Shown here: positions 19,657 to 30,478 of the stretch, in pieces
How positions within the stretch are numbered: position 1 is the first letter of the stretch
Layout: each line of letters starts with the position of its first letter
From: an uncultured bacterium
GTDB lineage: Bacteria; Abyssobacteria; SURF-5
NCBI GenBank assembly: GCA_964607485.1
Contig: CAZSKP010000009.1
Location: 14,045-78,044, forward strand
Reading direction: 5' to 3'
DNA: 64,000 bases
Translations under genes and position numbers: made by a program
The notes under the pieces: generated by a model
What the model was told of the DNA's origin: nothing
What the model saw: only the letters and a program-made list of their open reading frames with translations
Databases searched by the model: none

Positions 19657-20323
19657 CTGGGTTCCCTTCCTGAGAATACAGTCTCCTGCCAAACTCGGCG
19701 ACCACGGCGCTCAGCCTGTCAGCCGGGACCGCACCCTCCCTTAATATTACTATTTTTCGACCGGTAACTTCCACTATCGTTGACGGCAGCTTGCAGGTGC
19801 TCGGCCCTCCATCGACAACCGCGTCGATTTCGCCCCTGAAGTACTCCATGGCTTCCTGCGCGCTCCGTGCAGGCCGGCCTCCAGAGGGGTTGGCGCTTGT
19901 GGCAACCAACAGCCCGCCCAGCGCGCCCGCGATGGCGCGGGCGATAGTGTTGTCGGGCATCCTGACGCAGATCATCCTGCGCGCGTCCAGCACATCGGTC
20001 GGAAGATTCCCGGAATCCTCGACCACGAGCGAGACCGGGCCGGGCCAGAATGTCTCGGCGATGGCCGCAGCGACGGGACTGAGCCTGATTCCCCACTCCG
20101 CCAGCCGCTCCGGCTTGTCGATGACGTAGGGAAATGGTTTTGCCCCCTCCCTGCCCTTGAGTATTCTGACCTTGTGGTTGGCGTCGGAGTTGAAGGCGTC
20201 GCCGCCGAGTCCGTAAAGCGTGTCGGTGGGGTAGGCAATCACGCCTCCCTTTTTCAGCAGCGAGGCGACCTCGTTCACCAGTTTAGGCTCGGGCGCTCTT
20301 GTGTTTAGTTCGAATACTTTCAT
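19634..20323 (-). CDS. tsaC: L-threonylcarbamoyladenylate synthase (TsaC/YrdC family)
   Basis: Starts MKVFELNTR at internal ATG 20323; YrdC motifs GGVIAYPTDTLYGLGGDA and LLVATSANPSG. Confidence 0.8.
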   Translation of the reverse strand: MKVFELNTRAPEPKLVNEVASLLKKGGVIAYPTDTLYGLGGDAFNSDANHKVRILKGREGAKPFPYVIDKPERLAEWGIRLSPVAAAIAETFWPGPVSLVVEDSGNLPTDVLDARRMICVRMPDNTIARAIAGALGGLLVATSANPSGGRPARSAQEAMEYFRGEIDAVVDGGPSTCKLPSTIVEVTGRKIVILREGAVPADRLSAVVAEFGRRLYSQEGNPDEVGGSF

Positions 20324-20927
20324 CCTTCTTCGAACGCTCGGCGAGCATTCGCTCCAGAATGCGGCGAGCCTTCCTGAGGGCTTGCGCGCGGTGGCTGATC
20401 TCGTTCTTTGTTTTCGTGCCCAACCGGGCAAAGGTCTTGTCGTACCCCTTGGGAATGAACACGGGATCATACCCGAAACCCGATTTCCCGAGCGGGCGCG
20501 AGGCGATCCTGCCCTCGCACTTTCCCGTGGCCATCCAGATTTTCTTTCCGTCGGTTATGGCCACCACGCACACAAAGCGCGCCGTTCGCTTTTCGGCCTT
20601 GACGCCCCGCATCAGGCGCAGCAGCTTCTTGACGTTATCCGCGTCCGTGGCATCGTCTCCGGCAAATCTGGCCGAATGGCAGCCGGGCTGTCCACCGAGA
20701 CGGTCAACCTGCAGGCCCGAATCCTCGGCAAGCGTGAGGAAACCGGTCTGACGAACATATGTCCTTGCCTTGATGCGCGCGTTTGCCGCGAACGAATTGC
20801 CGCTCTCGCGCGCGGGCTTGACATTCTTGATTTCCTTGAGACTGACTATCTCGACGGGGAGCCCGTCGAGAATCTTCGAGATTTCGCGGATTTTGCCCGT
20901 GTTGCCGGTTGCGAGGAGGAGCTTCAC
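20283..20927 (-). CDS. rdgB: Non-canonical purine NTP pyrophosphatase (RdgB/HAM1 family)
   Basis: 214 aa; [23 protein letters not shown] motifs; directly downstream of rph. Confidence 0.85.
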   Translation of the reverse strand: MKLLLATGNTGKIREISKILDGLPVEIVSLKEIKNVKPARESGNSFAANARIKARTYVRQTGFLTLAEDSGLQVDRLGGQPGCHSARFAGDDATDADNVKKLLRLMRGVKAEKRTARFVCVVAITDGKKIWMATGKCEGRIASRPLGKSGFGYDPVFIPKGYDKTFARLGTKTKNEISHRAQALRKARRILERMLAERSKKDESIRTKHKSARA

Positions 20928-21659
20928 GACCCCGCGCTCCCGGCTTCGAGCGCGGCCGTCTGCGAGCGGACCAACCGTCGAATGCCATCCTGCGCGAGGT
21001 CGAGCAGCTCGTCGAGGAGCTTTCTCTCGAACGGGTCCTTTTCAGCGGTGGCCTGAATCTCGACAACCCTTCCTGCTTGCGTCATAATCACGTTGAGGTC
21101 CGCCTCCGCCCGCGAGTCTTCCTGATAGCACAGGTCGAGCATCGGAATCAACTATGCCCACGCTGGTGGCGGCCACGACTTCCCTGATGGGCATCGAGTC
21201 GATTCCGTTCGACTCGATGAGCCACGAGAGAGCGTCGTGCAGCGCGACGAACGAGCCGGTGATCGCGGCGGTTCGCGTGCCGCCGTCTGCCTGGAGGACA
21301 TCGCAATCCATCTGAATCGTCCGCGAGCCCAGGGCCGAAAGGTCCACCACGGAGCGCAACGTGCGTCCGATAAGCCTCTGAATCTCGAACGCGCGCCCCG
21401 ATGCGCCCCGGCCGATGCGGGTCTCGTTCGAGCGGGGGAGCATCGCATACTCGGCGGTTATCCATCCCTTGCCCGAACCCTCCAGAAAAGGCGGGACCCC
21501 TTCCCCGACGGAGGCGTTGCACAGGACCCGAGTATCGCCGATTTCAATCAGCACGGACCCTTCGGCGTACTTTGTGAATCCTCTCCGGATGACGACGGGC
21601 CGCATCTCGTTCCACCGTCGCCCGTCCGGCCTGAGAATGTGCGTGCGATCATCCGCCAC
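20924..21659 (-). pseudogene. rph: Ribonuclease PH, interrupted by a frameshift near 21143-21160
   Basis: ORF 21042-21659 carries the RNase PH N-terminal two-thirds ([48 protein letters not shown]) and runs into Arg/Gly junk after SVGIVD; ORF 20924-21151 in another frame carries the conserved C-terminus ([20 protein letters not shown]...VEIQATAE). Confidence 0.75.
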
Positions 21660-23079
21660 TGGGAACTTCCTCGGGTTGCGGCTGCTGCTCAGTCTCGGGA
21701 GCTGTCGTATCGGGGAGAGCCTCGACAGGCGCTGTGTCCGTCGACGTGCCGGAGGAAACCTCCTTCGGCTCCTCCTTCGCGGTGGTCTCGATCTGTTTTT
21801 TCGCGACGTTTATGTTCTGTTCGATTGTCTTGAAGATGTCGTACCCCTGAAGCAGCTCTACCGCCCGTTCGAGCTGAATGTCCGTTGCCTCAGGCTTTTC
21901 CTGGCCGGCGCCGACCGTGCCGGGTATGGTCATGCCGCTGAGGAGGTGGGCAAGCTGTTCCTTGCTCATCTTCACGACAATATCCGGAGTGATGCCGACC
22001 CCGTTTATGGAATGGCCGTTCGGGGTGAGATACTTCGCCGTGGTCAGACGAAGGGCCGAACCGTCGGACATTGGGATTATGCTCTGAACCGAGCCTTTCC
22101 CGAATGTCTTCTCGCCCAGGATGACTGCCCGATGCCAGTCTCTGAGCGCGCCCGCCACAATTTCCGACGCGCTGGCGCTGCCCCCGTTCACCAGCACGAC
22201 GATGGGCGTACTTGGATCGACCGTCGCGTCGCGCTTCGCCTTGAATCTCAGACTCTGGTCGGGGTGGCGAGACTCGGTGTAAACGATGAGCTGGCCTTTC
22301 TCGAGAAATTCGTCGGCCACGTCGGCGGCCACGTTGAGCAGTCCGCCGGGATTCGTGCGAAGGTCAAACACGAGCGACCGCATCCCCTTGGCCTTCAGGT
22401 CCTCTATCGCCTCGTGGAGCTCGGTCCCGGTCTGTTCGCTGAACTCGCGAAGGCGGATGCGCCCGATGGAGTCGTCGAGCATATCCCACTTGACGCTCCG
22501 GATCTTAATGTCGTCGCGAACCAGCGTGAACTCCAGCTCTTCCGGAACGTTGCCGTCGTTTTCGTGAAGCCTGAGAACGGAAATGGTGACCTTTGTGCCT
22601 TTCGGACCCCGAAGTTTCTTGACAGCCTCTTCGAGCACCAGTCCCGTTGTGCTCTCCCCGTCGATCTTTATGATTTTGTCGCCCGCCTGCACGCCGGCTT
22701 TGAACGCGGGGGTGTCCTCGATGGGCGAGACGACGGTGAGCACCTTGTTTTCGTCGAGGCTGATGACGATTCCCAGCCCGCCGAAGTGTCCCTCGGTCTC
22801 GACCTTGAGCTCCTTATAGACATCCGGGGGCATGAACTGGCTGTGGGGGTCGAGTCCGTCCAGCATTCCCTTCAGCGCGTCGTATATCAGCGTTTGGGTG
22901 GAGACTTCCTCCACATATTCGCTCTGCACAATGCTGAGGGCGTCGGAGAAAAGCTCGAGGTCGTTGTATGTCGAGCCGGTCTGAGCCGCGACGTAGCCGG
23001 ACAGGCTGTTGCCTATGATGAGGCCCAGCGTGAGAACCGACGCCAGAAAAAGGAAAAACTCACTCCGATTGCGTTGCAT
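21649..23079 (-). CDS. ctpA: Carboxyl-terminal processing protease (S41 family)
   Basis: 476 aa; signal/anchor then PDZ region (GLGIVIS...[13 protein letters not shown]) and S41 core [14 protein letters not shown]. Confidence 0.85.
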   Translation of the reverse strand: MQRNRSEFFLFLASVLTLGLIIGNSLSGYVAAQTGSTYNDLELFSDALSIVQSEYVEEVSTQTLIYDALKGMLDGLDPHSQFMPPDVYKELKVETEGHFGGLGIVISLDENKVLTVVSPIEDTPAFKAGVQAGDKIIKIDGESTTGLVLEEAVKKLRGPKGTKVTISVLRLHENDGNVPEELEFTLVRDDIKIRSVKWDMLDDSIGRIRLREFSEQTGTELHEAIEDLKAKGMRSLVFDLRTNPGGLLNVAADVADEFLEKGQLIVYTESRHPDQSLRFKAKRDATVDPSTPIVVLVNGGSASASEIVAGALRDWHRAVILGEKTFGKGSVQSIIPMSDGSALRLTTAKYLTPNGHSINGVGITPDIVVKMSKEQLAHLLSGMTIPGTVGAGQEKPEATDIQLERAVELLQGYDIFKTIEQNINVAKKQIETTAKEEPKEVSSGTSTDTAPVEALPDTTAPETEQQPQPEEVPSGG

Positions 23080-25093
23080 GTATATTCCTCCTTTGAAGCC
23101 AAACAGCAGGGTCGACGGGGTCTCCGTGTTCCCTTATTTCAAAATACAGAAACGGGCCCTTCAGCGAACCGGTTTCGCCCACGAGCGCTATGGGTTGGCC
23201 ACCCTTCACATGGTCTCCTTTCCTCACGAGAATCTCGGAGCAGTGCGAATATATGCTGTTATACCCGTCGCCGTGGTCGAGAATCACGAGCTTGCCATAT
23301 CCTCTGAACCAGTCGCAGTAGGCGACAATCGCGTCGTGGATGGCGCGGATTTGCGAGCCCACCGAGCCCGAAATATCGACGCCAAGGTGCCTGGTGAATG
23401 TGCCCGAGTCGGGATTTCGCACCCTGCCGAATGGAACCGTTATTTCGCCCTCGGTCGGCCAGGGGAGCAGCCCCCTCATTTCCCCGAACGGAACCGCGCC
23501 CGTGAGTGCGGGCTGCGCCTCCGCCCGTTGCTTTTCGATAAAATCCTGCAGGTTACGAGCCGAAGCCTCCAGGTCGGTTATCGCGGCCAGATAGATATTC
23601 TTCTGTTCCCTGAGCTTCGTCAATATGACTTCGCGCTGTCTCTTCTTCTCCACAGCCTGCTGAGCGCGCAATTTCGCGGCCTCGGTATAAAGCGTATCCA
23701 ATTCGACGCGCTTACGCAAGGTTTCCTGTTGCTCCAGATAGGTCCTGCGAAGCCCCTCGGCCCGCTCAAAGGTCTCGGCCTCCTTCTCCGCCAACAGTGA
23801 GAGCATTCGTCGACGCCTCGTGATCTCGGATTGGGGAATATCGCAGAGTATGACCTCGACCAGAGACGGTTCCCGTTGATTGCACAGAAGCCTGAGCCAC
23901 TGCTCGAGCTCCTGCCGCGAGCGTACATACAGCGTCTCACACCTGCCGAGTTCGGCCTGCGCCATCCCGATCGCCTCTTTGTTGGCTGCAATATTCGCTT
24001 CGCCCGTCTTGATTTCACGGGCAAGGCTGTCTATTTCCTTGTCTCTCCCCTCCAGGTCGTCTATTATCGCGCGTTCCTGCTGGCCGAGTTTTTCGGCGGC
24101 GGCCATGCTCTGTTGCAGGTCGCGTTCGAGCCGCTTCAGTTCCTGTTGATACTTGACCAGCTCGGACTCCAAGTCCTCATCGGCGCGGACCAGACTCCCG
24201 GCCGGCCACGCGGCGAGCAGGACCGCGAGCGTCACTACGAGCACGTTTCGAAGCGAAAACCAGCTTGCCATGAGCGCCAGAGCCGGGCCGACGGCAAAGG
24301 CCGCCCCCACCAGTCCCAGGGGGAGCCGAAGCGTCTCGCCCATCCTGTTCGAAAGCAGCGCGGCCGTGACTGCCAACGCGCCGACGCCGACGGCCGACCC
24401 GCACATGCCCTGCGCAACACCCTCCACTGCGAAGACGCGGCGAATGAACTTTGTGCTCGCGCCCAACATGCGAAGCGTGCGTATCTCGCTTTTGCGGGCG
24501 GTCGAGGCGAGCCTCGCTATGTTGACCGTGATTATTCCGAACGCCAGGATCCAGAAAATGCTCGTCCCGGCCGCAAATCCGGCCATTTCCCGGCGAAATT
24601 GCAGGTATCGCTCGAGCATCGTTTCCTCGAACCGTACCTCGTCCACCCCCTTGATCGAAGCAACCCGCGAGGCCACCCGCCTGATGACGGAGAGGTCCCG
24701 GTTGCCCTCGACAAGCCTTATCACAATCGAAGGGGGCAACACCTCATCGAGCGGCACCTCGCCCAAGTCGAGCGAATCGCCCGCTTCGGAGAAGAGTTCT
24801 TCCCACGATTGCTGGCCGCTGACCAGTCTCGCGTCGCCCACCTCGTTGATGGAGCGAACGTCGTCGAGCACCTTCTGCGGGCTCTGCGCCTCCGGCCCGC
24901 GGGAAAGAAAGGCGACCAGCTCCACCCTGCTCTCCCATTTCTTGAGCAGAGAATTCACGTTGAGGACGAGGAACGCAAACGCCCCCATCGCAAACACGGC
25001 GACCGCCACGCATCCGGCCATGGCCAGGCTAAGAGTGCGCGCCCGCCGGAAATTCCGAAGCCCTTCCCTAACGGCGAGGTTGTATCCCTCCAT
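23060..25093 (-). CDS. ftsX: FtsX cell-division permease fused in one ORF to an EnvC-like coiled-coil/M23 (LytM) domain
   Basis: 677 aa continuous ORF: FtsX-like N-terminal part with four hydrophobic helices around a periplasmic domain, an extra hydrophobic segment VLVVTLAVLLAAWPAGSLVRA, a long coiled-coil, then M23 motifs HLGVDI and YSHCSEI. Confidence 0.7.
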   Translation of the reverse strand: MEGYNLAVREGLRNFRRARTLSLAMAGCVAVAVFAMGAFAFLVLNVNSLLKKWESRVELVAFLSRGPEAQSPQKVLDDVRSINEVGDARLVSGQQSWEELFSEAGDSLDLGEVPLDEVLPPSIVIRLVEGNRDLSVIRRVASRVASIKGVDEVRFEETMLERYLQFRREMAGFAAGTSIFWILAFGIITVNIARLASTARKSEIRTLRMLGASTKFIRRVFAVEGVAQGMCGSAVGVGALAVTAALLSNRMGETLRLPLGLVGAAFAVGPALALMASWFSLRNVLVVTLAVLLAAWPAGSLVRADEDLESELVKYQQELKRLERDLQQSMAAAEKLGQQERAIIDDLEGRDKEIDSLAREIKTGEANIAANKEAIGMAQAELGRCETLYVRSRQELEQWLRLLCNQREPSLVEVILCDIPQSEITRRRRMLSLLAEKEAETFERAEGLRRTYLEQQETLRKRVELDTLYTEAAKLRAQQAVEKKRQREVILTKLREQKNIYLAAITDLEASARNLQDFIEKQRAEAQPALTGAVPFGEMRGLLPWPTEGEITVPFGRVRNPDSGTFTRHLGVDISGSVGSQIRAIHDAIVAYCDWFRGYGKLVILDHGDGYNSIYSHCSEILVRKGDHVKGGQPIALVGETGSLKGPFLYFEIREHGDPVDPAVWLQRRNIHATQSE

Positions 25094-25122
25094 TGAGATC
25101 GTTCGCCGTCCTCTCCCCCGCG

Positions 25123-25794
25123 TCAGGACGCCGGGGTCTTCTCCATCCGACCGAAGGAACGTGTGTCGAGCATGATGGGACGTTTGCCCGACTGCTCCGC
25201 AAATTCGACGTTATGAGTCGCAATCACGATGGTCGACCCGCGCAGGTTCGCGCCCTTGAACAGTTCCGCCGCCTTCTCGGCCGACCGCCAATCGAGCCGC
25301 TCATACGGTTCGTCGGCCAGCACGATTTTGGGCCGGCGCGCCAGCGCGCGGACGATCTTGAGCATCTGCTTTTCATTCTCCGAAACCTGGTCGGGGAACA
25401 GGCCGGTCTTGCCGAGGAGGCCGATTCCCCTGAGATAGAAAACGGTCTCCTTCCTGGCATCGGAGGCCCGCCAGCCCGCGAGTTCGAGCGAAACCGATAT
25501 ATTCTCGGCGAGGGTATGCTGTGGAAGCAGATAGTCGTCCTGAAATATCACTCCGAGTGTGCGCCTGTACTTGGGATAGTCGCGTCGCGGAATTTCGGTG
25601 ATGTCGCGCCCTTCCACGATGACGCGGCCGCCCGAGGGCATCTGCTGAAGCGCCAGCGTGCGCAACAGAGAGGTTTTCCCCGAACCCGCCTGCCCGCAGA
25701 TGAAAACAAAATCCCCCTTTTCGATATGCAGATTGAGGCCGTCGAGCACCTCGTGGGGCCCATGTCGCAGGCACAGGTCCAAGGTAATAATCAC
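25123..25794 (-). CDS. ftsE: Cell-division ABC ATPase FtsE
   Basis: GTG at 25794 overlapping upstream stop (GTGA); Walker A GQAGSGKTSLL, signature-like VSENEKQM, Walker B IVLADEP. Confidence 0.85.
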   Translation of the reverse strand: MIITLDLCLRHGPHEVLDGLNLHIEKGDFVFICGQAGSGKTSLLRTLALQQMPSGGRVIVEGRDITEIPRRDYPKYRRTLGVIFQDDYLLPQHTLAENISVSLELAGWRASDARKETVFYLRGIGLLGKTGLFPDQVSENEKQMLKIVRALARRPKIVLADEPYERLDWRSAEKAAELFKGANLRGSTIVIATHNVEFAEQSGKRPIMLDTRSFGRMEKTPAS

Positions 25795-26750
25795 TTCCCG
25801 GCCGCCTTCCTCGATATGGCCCGACGCGCAGCCTCTGCCACGTTCTCGGCCGTGAGTCCGTAGGCCGCCATCAACTCTTTGGGCTCCCCCGACTGACCAA
25901 ACCTGTCCTCTATGCCGACCCTCACCACCGGAGCCGGAGAGGTCTCGCACACTATCTCCGACACGGCGCTTCCCAGGCCTCCGATGACATTGTGCTCTTC
26001 CGCCGTGACGAGCGCGCCCGTTTCGTTGACGGCCGCGACTATCGCATCCCGGTCGATAGGTTTGATGGTGCTCATGTTGATGACACGAGCGCCTATTCCG
26101 TCCTTCGAGAGCGCCTCGGCGGCGACGAGCGCAATTTGCACCATCGTGCCAATGGCAATAATGGCGACATCGGAGCCATCCCGAAGAATCGACGCTTTGC
26201 CGAGCCTGAAGGGGTAGCTTTCTTCATAGATTATGGGCACTCCCGACCGGCCCAGCCGCAGATATGCGGGGCCGGGTGTCTCCACCACGGCGGCAACCGC
26301 CTTTTCGGTCTCCACCCCGTCGGCGGGAACGATGACTTTCATGTTCGGAATGGCCCGCATGATGGCGATGTCTTCGATTGATTGGTGAGACGACCCGTCG
26401 GGTCCGACGGCGATGCCCGCATGCGAGGCGGCGATCTTGACGTTCAGGTTCGCATAGCAGATGGAGTTTCTTATCTGCTCCCAAGCTCTTCCGGTGGCGA
26501 AGATTACGAATGAACTGGCGAATGCGATCTTGCCCGCTGCGGCGAGGCCCGCGGCCGTGCCCATCATGTCCGCCTCCGCGATGCCCATGTCGAAGAATCG
26601 TTCCGGGAACTTCTTCTTGAACTTTATCGTCTTTGTGGACTTGGCAAGGTCGGCGTCGAGCACAACGACGTCGGGGTTCTGTTCGCCCAACCGCACGAGC
26701 GCGTTTCCGTAAGCCTCGCGCGTCGCAATCTTATCACCGACCTTCAGCAT
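25791..26750 (-). CDS. Transketolase, C-terminal (pyrimidine-binding) subunit
   Basis: 319 aa; matches split-transketolase C-terminal half (GIAEADMMGTAAGLA..., ETPGPAYLRLGR). Confidence 0.85.
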   Translation of the reverse strand: MLKVGDKIATREAYGNALVRLGEQNPDVVVLDADLAKSTKTIKFKKKFPERFFDMGIAEADMMGTAAGLAAAGKIAFASSFVIFATGRAWEQIRNSICYANLNVKIAASHAGIAVGPDGSSHQSIEDIAIMRAIPNMKVIVPADGVETEKAVAAVVETPGPAYLRLGRSGVPIIYEESYPFRLGKASILRDGSDVAIIAIGTMVQIALVAAEALSKDGIGARVINMSTIKPIDRDAIVAAVNETGALVTAEEHNVIGGLGSAVSEIVCETSPAPVVRVGIEDRFGQSGEPKELMAAYGLTAENVAEAARRAISRKAAGK

Positions 26751-26769
26751 CTCCTATTTTCCCTCGCGC

Positions 26770-27594
26770 TCACTCCATTTCAGCCAATGCGCGAACACAC
26801 TCCTCCTCCGTGGGTGCGACGCCGTGATAATCGACCATGTTTTCCATGAACGAGACGCCCTTTCCCTTGACCGTGCGTGCGACTATCATTGTCGGCCGGG
26901 CTTTGGCATCCCGGGCCGTTTCGAAGGCTTGAAGTATCTCCCCCATATCATGTCCGTCTATTTCGACGACGTTCCAGCCGAAACTCTCCCACTTTGCCGA
27001 TATCGAGCCCAGAGACTTGATCTCGTCGATGTGCCCGTCGATCTGAAGGCCGTTGTTGTCCACGACCGCACAGAGATTGTCCAGTCCGTGATGGGCTGCC
27101 GTCATCGCCGCCTCCCATATCTGGCCCTCCTGTATCTCTCCGTCGCCCAGAAGGACGTACACGCGATAGTCGCGTCTGTCGAGCCTGGCGGCGAGCGCCA
27201 TGCCGTTGGCGATCGAGAGCCCCTGCCCTAACGAGCCGCTCGACATATCGACGCCGGGGGTCTTCCGCATGTCCGGATGTCCCTGCAGCGGGCTGTTCAA
27301 CTTCCGAAGGCCGTCCAGCCAGTCGACGGGAAAATATCCGGCCTTCGCCAGTACCGCGTACCATGTTGGCGCGCAGTGTCCCTTCGACATCAGGAAGCGG
27401 TCGCGTTCGGGCCAATCGGGACGGCGCGGGTCGTGCCGCATCACATGGAAATACAGGGCGACAACTATGTCGGCGCACGACAGGCTTCCGCCCGGGTGAC
27501 CGGAGGCGGCCTTGGCGAGCATCGTGACGACATCTCGTCTTACGGCCTTCGCATGCGCCTCGAGAGCGGCAATCGTGTTCCGGTCAAAAGACAT
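26770..27594 (-). CDS. Transketolase, N-terminal (TPP-binding) subunit
   Basis: 274 aa; GHPGGSLSCADIV, GDGEIQEGQIWEA TPP-binding motifs. Confidence 0.85.
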   Translation of the reverse strand: MSFDRNTIAALEAHAKAVRRDVVTMLAKAASGHPGGSLSCADIVVALYFHVMRHDPRRPDWPERDRFLMSKGHCAPTWYAVLAKAGYFPVDWLDGLRKLNSPLQGHPDMRKTPGVDMSSGSLGQGLSIANGMALAARLDRRDYRVYVLLGDGEIQEGQIWEAAMTAAHHGLDNLCAVVDNNGLQIDGHIDEIKSLGSISAKWESFGWNVVEIDGHDMGEILQAFETARDAKARPTMIVARTVKGKGVSFMENMVDYHGVAPTEEECVRALAEME

Positions 27595-27701
27595 GTCGCG
27601 GGCCCCTGTTTATCCAATATATGACATCGGGAGAACAGCATGTTAGTTTATCAGATTGGCGGGTAAATGTAAACCGAAATTCACTTGTTCGACGGCGGGA
27701 A

Positions 27702-29072
27702 TCAAACCTTGATATCGTACTTTTTTATGCGGTATTGCAGCGTTTTGTACGTCATCCCCACGAGCTTCGACGCTTTCAGAATGTGACCGCCTGTTCTTGC
27801 GAGCGCCTCGCAGATGAGCTTCTTTTCTACCTCCTCTATCGAGAGTCCCTCTTCGGGCAGCCGCACTCCCGGAAGCTGCTCGGCGGCCGCCTGAGGAGCG
27901 AGCAGACTCCGGGGCAGGTCGTCCACGGCTATTTTGTCCTTATCCGTCAGAACCAGCAGCCGTTCGAGCGTGTTCTCAAGCTCCCGCACATTGCCCGGCC
28001 AATGGTACGCCACAAACTTGTCGATGACCGCAGAATCGAGGACGGGATATCTTCGCTGAAACTCTTGCGAGAGCTTCCTCTTAAAAAAGTCGATCAGCGG
28101 GGGCACGTCTTCCTTGCGCTCGCGCAGGGGCGGGATATCGACGACTATCACGTTAAGCCGGAAAAACAGGTCTTCCCGGAAGTTTCCTTTTGCGACCTCG
28201 CGCTCCAGGTTCTTGTTCGTGGCGGCGATCACCCGGACATCCACGGAGATCAACTCGGTCCCGCCGACGCGCTCGATCTTCATTTCCTGCAGCACCCGGA
28301 GCAGCTTCGCCTGCAACTCCATCGACATGTCGCCGATCTCGTCCAGGAAGATGGTGCCTCCGTCGGCGAGCTCGAATTTGCCCTTTTTTGTCTGTATTGC
28401 GCCCGTGAAGGCCCCCTTCTCGTGGCCGAACAGCTCGCTTTCTATGAGATTCTCGGGCACGGCGGCGCAGTTTACCGCAACGAACGGGTTCTTCTTGCGG
28501 GGGCCGTTGAAATGAATGCTGCGTGCCACCAATTCCTTGCCCGTCCCGCTTTCGCCCTGTATCAGGACGGTGCTGTTGACCGGAATAGACCTCTCGATGA
28601 GCCTGAAGATTTTTTGCATCTTCTCGCTTGTCCCGACAATGTTGCCAAGATTGAAGCGGGTTTCCACCAACTCGCGCAGTTCCAAATTCTCCTGCCGGAG
28701 CTGTTTGTGCTCGAGAGCCCTCTGAACCGAGACAAGGAGCACCTCTTTGTCGAATGGCTTTGTGATGTAATCGTGCGCGCCCTGCCGCATCGCCTCGACC
28801 GCGCTTTCTATCGAGCCGTATGCGGTCATGACTATTACCTCGGTTTCGGGAGAAACCTGCTTGGCCCCCCTCAGCACGTCGATGCCGTTGCCGTCTTCCA
28901 TTTTGAGGTCGGTGATGATGAGGTCGAGCCTGTCCTTCTCGATCTGCTCGACGGCCTCGATCGTGCCGGAGGCCTGCGTGACGTCGTACTTTGCCCGACT
29001 GAGAACGTCGGAGATGATCTGACGCTGAGCGTCCTCGTCATCCACGACGAGTATCTTCGCCAGCGCGCTCAC
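27702..29072 (-). CDS. Sigma-54-dependent response regulator (NtrC family)
   Basis: REC domain (ILVVDDE...DLIITDLKMEDG), AAA+ activator core (GESGTGKELVARSIH, GAFTGA), C-terminal HTH; GTG start overlaps kinase stop (GTGA). Confidence 0.9.
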   Translation of the reverse strand: MSALAKILVVDDEDAQRQIISDVLSRAKYDVTQASGTIEAVEQIEKDRLDLIITDLKMEDGNGIDVLRGAKQVSPETEVIVMTAYGSIESAVEAMRQGAHDYITKPFDKEVLLVSVQRALEHKQLRQENLELRELVETRFNLGNIVGTSEKMQKIFRLIERSIPVNSTVLIQGESGTGKELVARSIHFNGPRKKNPFVAVNCAAVPENLIESELFGHEKGAFTGAIQTKKGKFELADGGTIFLDEIGDMSMELQAKLLRVLQEMKIERVGGTELISVDVRVIAATNKNLEREVAKGNFREDLFFRLNVIVVDIPPLRERKEDVPPLIDFFKRKLSQEFQRRYPVLDSAVIDKFVAYHWPGNVRELENTLERLLVLTDKDKIAVDDLPRSLLAPQAAAEQLPGVRLPEEGLSIEEVEKKLICEALARTGGHILKASKLVGMTYKTLQYRIKKYDIKV

Positions 29073-30478
29073 GGTGCTTTCTCCGGAATGGTGACGGTGA
29101 CGGTGGTGCCCTGTCCTTGCCGGCTTTCGACTTTTATTTCTCCTTCGTGCTTCTCGATTATCGTCTTTGTGAGCGAGAGTCCCAGGCCGGTCCCTGAAGA
29201 CTTCGTGGAGAAATACGGGTCGAAAATCTTGTCGAGCGCTTCGGCGGGGATTCCCTTGCCCTTGTCCGCAATCGTCAACTTGATCTGCCCATCCGATTCG
29301 GCCATGCTCACATCGATGGTTCCGGTCTCGCCGGAGGCCTCCATTGCGTTTATGAGTATGTTCAGTATGGCTCCTTTCAAGAGCTGGGGATCAACCAAGA
29401 AGTCTCTCGGCGCGGCGGGAATGTTCGTCCGCAGGCTCACGCCCCTTCTTTGCGCGTCCTTTTCGACCAGGTGCGCCGTTTCCTTCAAGAGCTGGTCGAC
29501 CCTGCAGGGACGCAGTGAGAGTTCGCGCTCCTTGGCCAGCGTGAGGAAATCCCTCACGATGTCGTCGAGCCGGTTTACCTCCTTGAGGATGGTATCGGCA
29601 TATCTGTTGAACGACGCCTCATCGAGGTCGTGCTGGGAGAAGATATCCTTCAGATGTGAGATGGTGAGCTTGATCCCGTTGAGCGGATTCCCGATTTCGT
29701 GTGCGATACCGGCCGTCAGATTGCCCAGTGCAGACAACCGCTGTGTCTGGGCGAGCTTCTGCTCCATCTTCGCCTTTGTTCTCAACGCCTCGACCATTTC
29801 ATTGAACTTCATCTCGAGAGTCAAGACCTCGCTGGCGTTGGGCTTAATATCGATCTCATGAAGGTTGCCCTCGCTTATTTCTTTGCAGGTCTCGGCCATT
29901 GCGCGCAACGGGTGCAGAAGCTTGAAAATGAAGTAGCACAGAGCCCCGATGGTGCCAAGAAACAGGATCAGGAGCGCGACGAGGACTTTGCTCCGAAGCG
30001 CCTTCACCAGATGGGTCTGGGGCGCGACGGCAAGCGCGATGCTCACGTAGCCGACCGGCTCCGAGTCAACCATGATGGGAAAGGTTTGAAAGTATGCGGT
30101 TATCTTTCCGCCACCGGCGGGCCGTGCCTCTATAATCTTGGTATCGGGATTGCCGAATTCCAGAAGCGGCGTCTCGTCGTGCTGGATGCTTGAGACGACG
30201 TTTTTTTCGGAATCGCGGACGATTATCGCATCGACGCCGCTGGGCGTCTCCAGGTCGGAGAGACTCTTTTTGAGAACCTCTCGGCGCGGCTCCGCCACTT
30301 CCAGATTCTCGAGGTGAACTTGAAAGTGACGCACTACCTGTGAGCTCTTCTCTTCCATCTCTGAGAGGATGCTCTGCTGGTAGCGGAAAAGGACGCCGAC
30401 TACACTTCCGACGAGGCAGAACGTGAGTACGATGCAACACAGGATGATCTTGAATACCAGAGATTTATACCACTTCAT
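29069..30478 (-). CDS. Sensor histidine kinase
   Basis: Start MKWYKSLVFK at internal ATG 30478; two TM helices, H-box GIAHEIGNPLN, ATPase motifs DKGKGIP and GTGLGLSL. Confidence 0.85.
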   Translation of the reverse strand: MKWYKSLVFKIILCCIVLTFCLVGSVVGVLFRYQQSILSEMEEKSSQVVRHFQVHLENLEVAEPRREVLKKSLSDLETPSGVDAIIVRDSEKNVVSSIQHDETPLLEFGNPDTKIIEARPAGGGKITAYFQTFPIMVDSEPVGYVSIALAVAPQTHLVKALRSKVLVALLILFLGTIGALCYFIFKLLHPLRAMAETCKEISEGNLHEIDIKPNASEVLTLEMKFNEMVEALRTKAKMEQKLAQTQRLSALGNLTAGIAHEIGNPLNGIKLTISHLKDIFSQHDLDEASFNRYADTILKEVNRLDDIVRDFLTLAKERELSLRPCRVDQLLKETAHLVEKDAQRRGVSLRTNIPAAPRDFLVDPQLLKGAILNILINAMEASGETGTIDVSMAESDGQIKLTIADKGKGIPAEALDKIFDPYFSTKSSGTGLGLSLTKTIIEKHEGEIKVESRQGQGTTVTVTIPEKAP

